From: Mizuhopecten yessoensis
Lineage: Eukaryota
NCBI RefSeq assembly: GCF_002113885.1
Contig: NW_018407364.1
Location: 1,767,456-1,831,455 of the forward strand
Length of the DNA: 64,000 bases
Direction of reading: 5' to 3'
The position numbers and the translations under genes are program-made. A model generated the notes under the pieces. The model did not search any database and was not told where the DNA came from. It worked only from the letters and a program-made list of their open reading frames with translations. Positions 53,522-64,000 of the stretch are shown here, piece by piece; the first letter of the stretch is position 1, and the number at the start of each line of letters is the position of its first letter.

Positions 53522-56500
53522 TTAAGCATGTAACTGGTGTTCATAGGATCGTCTAATGTCCAATGCAGGTCGTCTTCTTGCGTTACCACATAAGTGTTCG
53601 ATGGTGTGGCCACCTCTTCCTGGCAAATCTTTTGGAGCAAATTCACCTGTACCAATAGATCAAGATTGGTTATAAACAGAAGCAAACAAGACGTAAATAA
53701 TCTTATTGTAATGTACCACACAGATAGATCTAGATTTGTTATAAACAGAAGCAAACAAGATGTAAAATAATCTTATTGTAATGTAACACAGATATATCTA
53801 GATTTGTTATAAACAGAAACAAACAAGACGTAAAATAATCGTAATGTAATGCAACACACAGTATTGAGGATATCTTACAATATCTCAAAGCAAAATGTTT
53901 ATCAGTGTAGTTTATTTAACAATATTGGAAATACTTGTACTGTCAAGAAAAGACTAAACCCACTGCATTTTACAAAATAAATCAAAATACATGCACTGAA
54001 TTGGAAGCCATCGTGTACACATTGAGCTCTATATTTGACAATTAATTGCCCCCCCCCCCCCCACCCCCACCCCTTAAATTTAACACAATTTTTTTCAGTC
54101 CGCTACAGTGAATTAATGTGTATACAATGACATCATTTTATAACATGCAGTCGTATCAATAAGAGAAATCATGTTATTATTTAAACACATAAATTGCAAG
54201 TAATTAATACAAAGCATTTCGGAATATTTAAATAATAAAAATGTTTTAGAGAATATTCAATTTAAAAGTTTTTATTTGCTAAGAATTCCAACATACCAGT
54301 GTTTGTTGACAACGAGTACTGAACCACGGAGTCCATCATGATAGCTCTGTATACACAAAGGTACTTACTACCATTCTCAGTCCTGTAACATTTTGACAGT
54401 TCAATCAGGTTTTAGATTCTTTCGCAAACGACTTTTCAATCTATCTAAATTTCTAATTGAGAGTTTTTTTTTTAATGTTTCCAATATTTCACATTGCAAT
54501 CAAACACAAAAGTCACGCATGCACCTAGAAACAAACATACGTGAGCAGATGTATCGACAGTGCTTAAAACCATTTCAGTGTGGCATGAATCAGTACGGTG
54601 ATTATCTTTACGACGGCTTGCTTTAAAGCTAATATTAGGCGGCACAAAGTAATGCTTCTGACCTCACATGACGAATCTCTTAACATTATTACTGTATGGC
54701 AACATTGATTAAAATGTTAATTCACCTAATCTCGTTTAAAATTTTTGATATCGTGAACTGAATATTCAACTGGTTTTTTTACAATCATTGTCACAATTTA
54801 GTTTCATCATTGCACATGTAAGTCTCCTTCGAAAATCTCATAGCTTCAAATATAAACATAAAAATGCACTTCATATAAGCAAGAGTAACTTAAATAGCAA
54901 GTGACATCAACAAGAGTTTTTTACATAAAAAATAATTTTGTAATCTCCGTCGAAAAGTGTAACGTAACATCAACAAGAGTTATTTACATAAATAAATGTA
55001 ACCTACGTCGAAAGGTGTAACTTAACATCAACAAGAGTTATTTACATAAATAAATGTCATTTCCGTCGAAAAGTTTAACTTAACATCAACAAGAATTTAT
55101 AACATAAATAAATGTAATCTCCGTCGAAAAGTGTAACTTAACATCAACAAGAGTTATTTACATAAATAAATGTAATTTCCGTCGGAAAGTGTCACTTAAC
55201 ACCAACAAGAGTTATTAACATAAATAAATGTAAGTTTCGTCGAAAAGTGTCACTTAACATCAACAAGAGTTATTAACATAAATAAATGTAATTTCCGTCG
55301 AAAAGTTTAACTTAACATCACCAAGAGTTATTTACATAAATAAATCCAATTTCCGTCGAAAAGTTTAACTTAACATCAACAAGAGTTATTAACATAAATA
55401 AATGTAATTTCCGTCGGAATGTGTCACTTAATATCAACAATTTTGACTTACATCCACAAGGAAGTACTGCCGTATTGATTCTCTCCTTTACACACGTATG
55501 TCGCTTCTGCATCCCGCACGTTGACATGAATTGTATTACTTTTCATAATAACGATCCAGTCGTGTGTGTCCATGTGGTCAAGAACTCCGATCCATACCCC
55601 GTTCATCTGCTTTCCAATATTACACAACCCTACACAATGTAGCCAAACATATTAAGGAGAGCAAGTATTAAATGAAAGACCAAAAATTCACTTATGGATG
55701 TACAATTGAACTGATGTCTAATAGTTCATGAAAAGTAGAATTTTGTGTGAATGTTTTTCATTTTGTTCTTGAAAATATTTATTAAACACCTTCTTGCAGG
55801 AAAAAAAGTCAAATAACAAAAGAAAAAGATAAACGTTTTGGTTATGGATGAAAAAATATTAACAAACATAAATGTAGAATTTCTTTAACAATAAAAAGAA
55901 CATACTGTATTTACAAATAACATGAATAAGGAAACGATATCTATTAACATTAAGTTATAGTTTCTGAATTCTTCAGTCTGAAGAGCTATTCGGATTCGAC
56001 TACCTGTATCCTGAAATAACTCTGACTTTCAAGTTACCAAACATCTTACTTTTTGACGCTGTGCCTGCAAACACGCTGCCTTCGACAGCAAATATTGCCC
56101 CACTTAGGAAGACACAAAGACCAATCAGGATCTGCAAGCAAACGGCATGAGATAAGCTATATATTATATTAACATATAAAATAAGAGACATCAGTTTAGA
56201 AATTTGCAAAATCAATATTTTATTTTATACACAAACATTGTACGTATTTAACGTGTCGCAAAGTTTCAAGACCGACTGGGCCCTTTGTCAAGCTATGACT
56301 GATTGAGCGATGTGTGTTGTTTACAGGTCTGCTGAACGTTGTGACGAAATTATATATTTCTTATGTCACTCGATCCCGGACGTTTCGCCTATCGATAGAG
56401 AACGATACACACACTGTATCGAATAGTATGTTAAATGTGTAATACGTACATTGTTTATTTATAAAGTCACACTTTAATTGTATGTACTAATATTTTGATT

Positions 56501-58171
56501 CTTGATCGAAAACAGAAGTTCATCTATTACAAGCAGGCATGAGGGTAATGGTAATGTGTAATGGTAATTAATTGCAATTAATTACATTTTGTTAAGTAAT
56601 TGGATGTAATGTGTAATTGAGGATTTTTTCAATTACATGTAATGGTAATTTAATTAATTACATTGAAAAATGTATGTAATGCCCAATTACTTTTAATTAC
56701 TTTTAATTACTTTAATGTTGTGTGTTGATGTTTCATGATCCTTTATACAATTTAATCAAATAGAAAGTTTCCAAAGTAAATATTTATTATGTAAGGACAC
56801 AGGTAATAAGAGGTTATACCTGTATTGATCCTAATCCCCTATTCATAGCTTAGCTATTGTCTCCTTCACAGAGACCAGGTAACTTGTGATTTTGATATCA
56901 AAAGATTGCCACACAGTGAGTACATGTATCATAACAGGGTTGACCATTCAGAACATTCAGAACATTCTATCTTTGTAAGGTTGAAGTTATAGTGAACAGT
57001 ACTAACACTGAATTAAACTTTCACTTGAAAACTTGAACAACCACATTTGAGCCATTTTTAAATTCCCAAACACACAACAGGGTATTTTATGGCAATATGC
57101 ATGGATTTCTTCAGTTTTCTGCGAGCAACCCGAAGGAAAAGACACCAATCTGGGTTGGCACCAAAGGAAGTAGAGAAATATCTCGAAAACCTTTGTATTG
57201 ACATGGAGGATGACCCAATGTCATTTTAGCAAACAAATCCTGTCCAAAAACCTGTTCTGTCAAAACTTGCTATCAACTATTTGACTATCACATCATCTTC
57301 AGCTTCAGTCGTGAGACTATTCAGTTTTGCCGGGAAGATGGATTCCGCCCAGACAGATGCCGTCTAAATGACGAAACTTTTGAACATCTGATGATGATCA
57401 AATGCAATATGCATGTTTACATATATGTAGTGTACGCTGTCTGAGCAGAACATCTTCCCAGAGCTGAGTACATGTACATACCATGCGAGTGTATACATAC
57501 ATTTTGTATATATGTAGTGATGTAAATTCCCTATATGAAACACAAACAACAGGTTCATAACAGATAAAGGTAAATATGTCATTTAAACTTGTATTTTTAT
57601 TGGCTTGGATTAAAAATAATATACCGAGAATATTAAATAAAGTAATGTGTCATGGTAATTAATTACATTGTCATGGTAATTAATTACAATGTAATTAATT
57701 ACCATTACAATTACATTAAGAAAACCATGTAATGGTAATAGTAATGGTAATGCTACTTTTCCAATGTAATGTGTAATTTAATTAATTACATTACCAATGT
57801 AATTGCCCCATACCTGATTACAAGCATGATTAACTTTTGTGGTCATATATGTTTTTATGATAATCTCACAAACAACAACTGGCTCATTGCCATCCTCATT
57901 TCTGATAATTTCTGATAATAACGATAAAAATGAATACGCACTATTGCGTTTATTAAAGTGAAACGCTCAAAAACTGTTTAAAGTCTCCATTAAATAATCG
58001 GTAGTACCCATATGATAACACATGTTGGTTGAAATGTGATTTAGATAATACAAAATGTATATATGATCACCAATATCTCCACGCTGAATCAGCATCTATC
58101 ATTCAATATAGTTTACTCATGTATATACTTGTTAACAATTTAACTGTCAATGAGATACTTACTCGTTCCAT
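53522..58171 (-). CDS. Secreted 4-Cys protein, paralog C (159 aa)
   Basis: Exons 58171-58163 (MER), 56131-56050 (ILIGLCVFLSGAIFAVEG...ASK), 55629-55452 (LCNIGKQMNGVW...YVC...), 54382-54297 (TENGSKYLCVYRAIMMDSVVQYSLSTNT), 53646-53522 (GEFAPKDLP...IEHLCGN...ALDIRRSYEHQLHA*). 480 nt in frame. Confidence 0.82.
53648..53865. repeat. ~65-bp x3 repeat abutting the paralog C last-exon acceptor
   Basis: gttataaacagaagcaaacaagacgtaaataatc repeated three times. Confidence 0.85.
54885..55460. repeat. ~59-bp tandem repeat abutting the paralog C exon-3 donor
   Basis: acttaacatcaacaagagttatttacataaataaatgtaatttccgtcgaaaag, ~9-10 copies. Confidence 0.92.
56534..57816 (+). mobile_element. Internally deleted hAT transposon in intron 1 of paralog C
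   Basis: CAGG...CCTG ends, 8-bp TSD ATTACAAG, (GTAAT)n subterminal arrays, residual dimerisation-domain peptide PVLSKLAINYLTITSSSASVVRLFSFAG...RPDRCRLNDETFEHLMMIKCN at ~57240-57410. Confidence 0.9.
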
Positions 58172-58246
58172 GTTGCGAGATACAATGCCTTTCAGTCTTT
58201 TTGTCGCTTTATGTAACAACCCGTGTGTTAAATCAAATACATCGTC

Positions 58247-58253
58247 TTTTATA
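58247..58253 (-). promoter_or_regulatory. TATA box of paralog C
   Basis: TATAAAA on the - strand, 76 nt upstream of the ATG. Confidence 0.55.
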
Positions 58254-59274
58254 GAAACAGTTGATAGATGCAACATTTGGCTGATGCATATATTATGGTT
58301 GTCATCCACGCAGAACACCAATCACAAGTCCTTAGCATAATTGTGATGTCGTAAGCGCTACATGCTAGTCAATACTACATGTATGACCGAGTACTTTAGT
58401 AAAACAATGTTGATCTTATCTAAGGTAAGCCTATAATAAACTTTTTTTTTTTTTTTTTACAGTTTTGATACATGTAATATTACAGGGGTTATTCATTGAA
58501 CAAAAATAACACCCATGGCCACCGTACGCTACTGTACACTGCTACCTATAATCCCGACTATGTTTGTCGTCCGTTTGTGATGATTTCTAACTACGTATCT
58601 TTGACTATTTTACGTACACTGTACTATCACTTACCAAAGTTAGTAGTAACTTTGTACTTGGAACTGGAACGTTTTGGGGAAAACAACCTTCCTCTTTTAG
58701 CTGTATGTTTTGTTTAGACGAATAAATGGTAAATCTTAAATAGACGAAATACTTATATGGAGCAGTGAAATGTTTCCTTTTTATATTTTGGCTCTCAGCA
58801 TCAGCAATTTAATTTTTGACAAAGGTGATTTCTGCTTTGTGTTCATGGATATTTCCTGTCTGTACCTTTTGCTTTGTTCTATTTGTTTTCTCTCAGTTAT
58901 GTAACCTCTGCTGTTTTTACTGCCATTTGCATTTATTCCGAGTGTCTAGTGTCTGTTTTGTCTGTTTGCTGTGATCCTGGCTGTGTGCCAGTCCGTGTGT
59001 ATATAACAAATGTCTATTTTTAAAAGCAATTCGACCCTTTCTCAAGACACGTGTATGATACAACCATGTACAAAATACGTTTCGAAGCGACAAGTATTAA
59101 AAATGTAAAGATGTATAACTTCTTTTAAAAATTATGAGAATGACGTAAACAGATAAAACAAAAGGAAAACAAAAACGATCATGAGGTTTGGTAAATCTTT
59201 AATGTTAAGTCTAGACATTGTAACAATGACTCTATAATTATTAATCAACTATTTATATTTATCCTTCGCGTAGA

Positions 59275-62200
59275 TTATCCGACAAAGTCTTGTAGCACTG
59301 CTGTGTCAGTATAGTCCCTCTGTAAGTCCAATGCTACCGACCCGTCAGTAAAGTTTCCACACGCGGCTTCAAATGTGAGAACTTCAGGTAAGGGACTTAA
59401 TCCTTCAAATGTACCTGTTAATAGAAATAATAATTTCAAGATTAACTGAAGAAACAAGCGTAATAGAGAATAGATATTTGAGTACTAAACCTGACTTCGA
59501 AATCGATAAGGTAAGACAACAACAGGAACCGTGTAGAACCAAAACAAGTGGAAAGATGTCCCGCACTGAAAACGGAAGTAACACTTAAGATATGACATCC
59601 GTCATGGCGTCTCCCGTCAAAATCAACCCTCAACTAACATTAATCTTAACCAATAGCATGTTCGTGTCACTAAAGCAATAAAAAAATTTATCGTAAGAGG
59701 CTTTATTTTTATTTTTAATTTTGTTTGTTTAAATCAACATCGGGGGAAACATTATTCATGTCACATATTTTACATGGAATTATTTTGTTGATATCTAATA
59801 TTAATATATGTAGTATGAGGCCTTCACAACTGTTTCGTTGTTGTGTATGTTATGTATTTTGTTTTATCTTCCAAATATATAGTATTCATACAATTCAATT
59901 TTCGATTCTACATACCACTATTTTTTACCGACAGACTTAATCAATACCCACCTAATAGCAATCGCTAACAATATATTACGGATTCGTAGTAAAGTATAAT
60001 AATTAATCGTAAGAGATATGTTTTATTTTGTTTGTGTTCCCAAAACAAAGTTGCACTATTGCCCTACCATTGTTGGTAAACACGGAGTAGTCAATCCCGG
60101 AGGAGTCGTCTCGGAACTTGAAGGCAAGACAAAGGTAGGAGGAACCGTTAGAAGATCTGTTGGCATAACAATAAGTAAAATATGTTTAAGCAGAGTCGAC
60201 TAATAACAACAACGAATGGCGTACTTCATTGATATGTGTTAATATTAATGATAAGTCGAGGTTCTTATATACTGCTTTATCACGACCTAGTTCGTAGGTC
60301 GTCTCAAAGCAGTTCAACAAATATCATCCGTGGTTACAAGGCCTTTGCAACCAGCCAATATATTTCTCAACTCCCTGGGGAGCATACAGCCGGTGCTGCC
60401 CTTTCGGCGCTCACAGCTAGCGTTCAACAATTCTAGCACTGCCCAACCACGTACTCATTTACAGTTGTTGAGTAGACTAGAACAAACGGAGTAAAGTATC
60501 TTGCTCAAAGATACAACACAGCGCCGTTTCGTGACTCGAACCCGCAACCCTTCGGTTACCACGAGCCCGGCGTCCTACCACTAGACTACCGTGCCTCCGT
60601 GTAGTAGGTTTTCGTCCTTCATACTTGATTTGTTGCGATCACACAAACAACTGACTAGATTGACGGATACATTGGATTACTGATTTTCACGATATAACCA
60701 CTATCTGTTAAAATGTTTTTGAGATTGCATTTCAAATCAGTTTTTTGCGTGACTGTTAATTTTGATAGTTATGAGAGTTTTTAAGAGTTAACAGAAATTG
60801 AACATCTATCAACAACACTGTATGCACTAATTGCAATAGGGGCTTGAACGACTTCCAAAGTTCATTCATGCATGAACACAAGTGGCAGCATTGAATTTTT
60901 CAACTTAGACTTTGTAAAATACAACAGAAAGATGTACTACAACTATTATCACGCTTGTCGTAACGTGATGTTGGACACTTTCAGTATAATGTGATATTAT
61001 AAATGTATACTGATGTAACATGACGTTGTACTACTTACAACATAAGGCTGTTGTATCCCTGTGCATCACCATCTATACAGTCAAATGTCTGTGTTATTCC
61101 ATCTATAGTGACCTCCATCTCGTTATCATCGATGATCACGTGATCATCTGATACCTTGTCATTCAGGATCCTGTTCCATTTCCCCTCGTAATATTGTTCG
61201 AGCCAACATGATCCTTTAAGCAAAGTAAGAGAACTTAAAATAGATATAGCTAGAAGAATGACAATAATAACTGCATAAAAACCTGATCATGGTTTGTCGC
61301 AGTTGATTAGATATTAATGCTAATTTAAATTGGCTGTTTAATCTGCATGACATTAACCTTACAGTACTTGTACATTACAGCACGTGCTCCGTACAACACA
61401 CAGTTATATGGCAGAAACTTACTTTGTCTGAGTAACTGCAACAGTTAAATTTAGCATTCTTTCTTCTAAATATGATACTCACTTTCCGAATCGTCTTCCT
61501 CTTGATCCGCTGGAAAGGAAAAAGACACCGTTACTGATGCTTACCAAAAAAAAAAAAAAAATGATGACGGCAAAAGCAATTTAAATAAATGTGTATTTAT
61601 AATGAACCGTCAACATTCCCTCCACAACAGTAATTTTACAACACTAACGTCCAGGTAAGTGCTGTTTCATTCAAAGCGAAAAACAGTGTAATTTTCGTAT
61701 TGCATTTACATGAATAGCTTGGCAATATAGTATAAACTGACCTGACTGATCTAGATCTAAAAAGTAGGGGAAAACATCACCAAGTTTGTCTTTAGCGTTG
61801 TATCATGACGCCAATTGTGTCTTTATCACGAAGTTAAAGCACCATATGTCTGATATAGCAATTCTGTGGTATACTCACACGTTACTGTAGATGACAGTAA
61901 CAGCATCACAGCAAAGGTAGCAAATATCTTGAAACATAAAAAAGAAGGATGTAGAATTTAATTTCAGCATTTGAGTAGTGTAAAACCAAATAAAGACAAA
62001 TTAACCCAATACTGACAAAGTTAGCCTTATACAGTTAGATAAATTACAAGGGAAACATAAACCAAATAAAATCGAGTATATCATCACTGACAACAAAACT
62101 GAAAAAAGTTAAGTATATAACAGCTTACAATGTTAACTTGATACAGGCAACTGTATTACAATATATATGACAATATAACGCATTATGTAGCCAACTGTTT

Positions 62201-62796
62201 TACAATGTATACTAAACGATTTAGGAAATGACAAAACAATTTACTGGTCATTCCGTGTGTCTGAATAAAGACTCCACTGGTTTGCAAACGCAAAGCTTAT
62301 CGTTAAATGGGCGGAATTTGTTTAGACATATACCGCATAACAAGTAAAAATATTCCTTATGCATGCATTTGAAAGACAAACAAATCCTTTTGATATGTAG
62401 TTACATATCTCATAGAAATGTTTACAATGTTTGTAAAAGTTTAAATCGAATTAATGTTCGGAACACAATATCGTATGGTCGTTAATAACTATTTGTAACA
62501 TATTAAGGCCTTTGTCGACTGTCGATCTGCATCTTCAGTCTATTCCGCCGTTCCTGGTTATTGTAATATATATTTTATCAAGGCTTTATTTAATTCCATG
62601 GTTTAATAAAACATCGTAACTAAAGAGAACTTTATAAAATATTATTTATGTTCTTATCAATATTATATTCATAATTAATTAGGTCTGAATCATGTAAATA
62701 GTTGCACAAATAAATAAACAGTAAATTGAAATATACAGTGTATTTTCATATTATGGACACACCAATTAGCTCGCCCATTCAACTTACCGTGTACAT
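59275..62796 (-). CDS. Secreted 4-Cys protein, paralog D (162 aa)
   Basis: Exons 62796-62788 (MYT), 61927-61879 (IFATFAVMLLLSSTVT), 61509-61483 (27-nt microexon, SDQEEDDSE), 61213-61039 (SCWLEQYYEGKW...FDCID...), 60156-60068 (SSNGSSYLCLAFKFRDDSSGIDYSVFTNN), 59414-59275 (GTFEGLSPLP...EAACGN...ALDLQRDY...*). 489 nt in frame. Confidence 0.82.
60330..60598 (-). mobile_element. tRNA-headed SINE with Nin/Deu-type core, intron of paralog D
   Basis: The - strand has A box GGTAGTCTAGTGG, B box GGTTCGAGTC, ttgagcaagatacttta and CTGTATGCTCCCCAGGGAGTTGAG. Confidence 0.8.
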
Positions 62797-62848
62797 GGTG
62801 TCCGGTTCTTTGTTTTCACCTGATGTCCACATGTGGTCAGTGCGTACA

Positions 62849-62855
62849 TTTTATA
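62849..62855 (-). promoter_or_regulatory. TATA box of paralog D
   Basis: TATAAAA on the - strand, 53 nt upstream of the ATG. Confidence 0.55.
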
Positions 62856-64000
62856 ACCAGACACTGTGATGGTATTATGACAGCAGATGATGGTTAATTC
62901 ATTATTGGGTTAACACGGAATATTCTGCGTAATGCCTGTTCATTCGATTCCGTCATACAATTTCGTCATATATAAAGATATAGCATATCAGGCAAACCGT
63001 ATATTTTTATATGCAATGTATAGCAGTGTATATATTAAGACAATTAATATAAGCGACCCGTAAGTCTCACGAATGCTGTGGGGTTATTTCATTCGTTATG
63101 TACGTTTTTATTGTAATATGTATCATGATTTTATCACATATTTCCCCATGACAAGCACTGTTGTGCAACAAATTTAAAACATAAATTAAAAAATCACGAC
63201 ATCATTTAAAGCTCTTTTCATATTGGAGTTATATTTTCCTATAATTTCTCTCGATAAAAACAGATATTAGAAGTTTAATATTGATATACAAATGAAAAAT
63301 TATCACTCGCTTATTGTTCAGCTTATTATGCATTATTTACAAACAGATTTTTTCCGTAATAAAATGTATTTTAAACGTATGTTTAGCATTAGAAGTTTGC
63401 ACTTCCTCTTTTTCACTTATAACCTGTGTTATTAGCTCAAAGACAGAAGTCAGCTACGCATCTGGTTTGTCAAAACGTAGATATTATTCAATTCACAGCA
63501 AAATTATGATGTATGTAAATATGGAGAATCATGACACTATGCATTTTCTTTATTGCGACTCCGGTTTGTGTCATGTATGACAGCAGAGGTAACTTGTAAT
63601 TAAATAATTACCACTTCTATGGACGAACTCCTTTATACCTAGACTTTTGAATACCTTATGATATTAACTATATTTATTTCATAACATATTTAAATTCTAG
63701 TGTTAAAAAAGTCTTGAACAAATACACAAAGGCATCAATCCATACATATCAGTTATCACTGACTTGAGTGATAATCCACCGGGGGCGGTAAATGTAACAG
63801 CTGGATTTGTATAGCCACTGTCCATCGGGTCACATATGGTCAAATCCTGGTCTGGTAATCTGTGTATACATTTATACGATTGTCCGTAAGAATAACCTAT
63901 CTTTGCAATCTGACCCCTGATCACTTGATTTATAGAGAGTCGATTGGCTAATTTAAAATTAAGTACAATCATACATGAAAAAAGTTGATGACATTTGACA

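Noticed and set aside
59491-59565. Candidate middle exon for paralog D (AGHLSTCFG...)
   Set aside because: Ends in the wrong phase; 60156-60068 fits both phase and homology.
60520-60598. tRNA gene (also 7745-7810)
   Set aside because: A/B boxes are present but there is no convincing cloverleaf; they are the heads of a SINE and of TRIM repeats.
61417-61440. Extra microexon in paralog D (gtaagt donor)
   Set aside because: Available acceptors give 5 or 13 nt, which would frameshift.

Overview
AT-rich, intron-rich animal DNA, most likely a bivalve mollusc (inferred from the repeat complement: HINE/Helentron-type elements, a TRIM with tRNA-like terminal repeats, a Nin/Deu-type SINE). The ORF track mostly misses the real genes, which I reconstructed by hand from GT-AG junctions, reading-frame phase and paralog comparison. 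On the + strand are two tandem multi-exon paralogs encoding coiled-coil proteins with a MIEAP (mitochondria-eating protein) C-terminal-like domain (450-7410, possibly 5'-incomplete; 22368-30748). Convergent with them on the - strand is a tandem array of four divergent, TATA-bearing genes (35411-38562, 42648-49120, 53522-58171, 59275-62796). They encode ~143-162 aa secreted proteins with a C-x7-G-x-W motif, four conserved Cys and identical intron phases; this is the best candidate for an undescribed system. At least five intronic tandem repeats are amplified copies of an adjacent splice junction or its immediate flank. The rest is degraded LINEs, MITEs, a hAT derivative, HINEs, SINEs, minisatellites and a two-copy repeat with a hammerhead-like core. 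No database searches were run, so family names rest on motif recognition.
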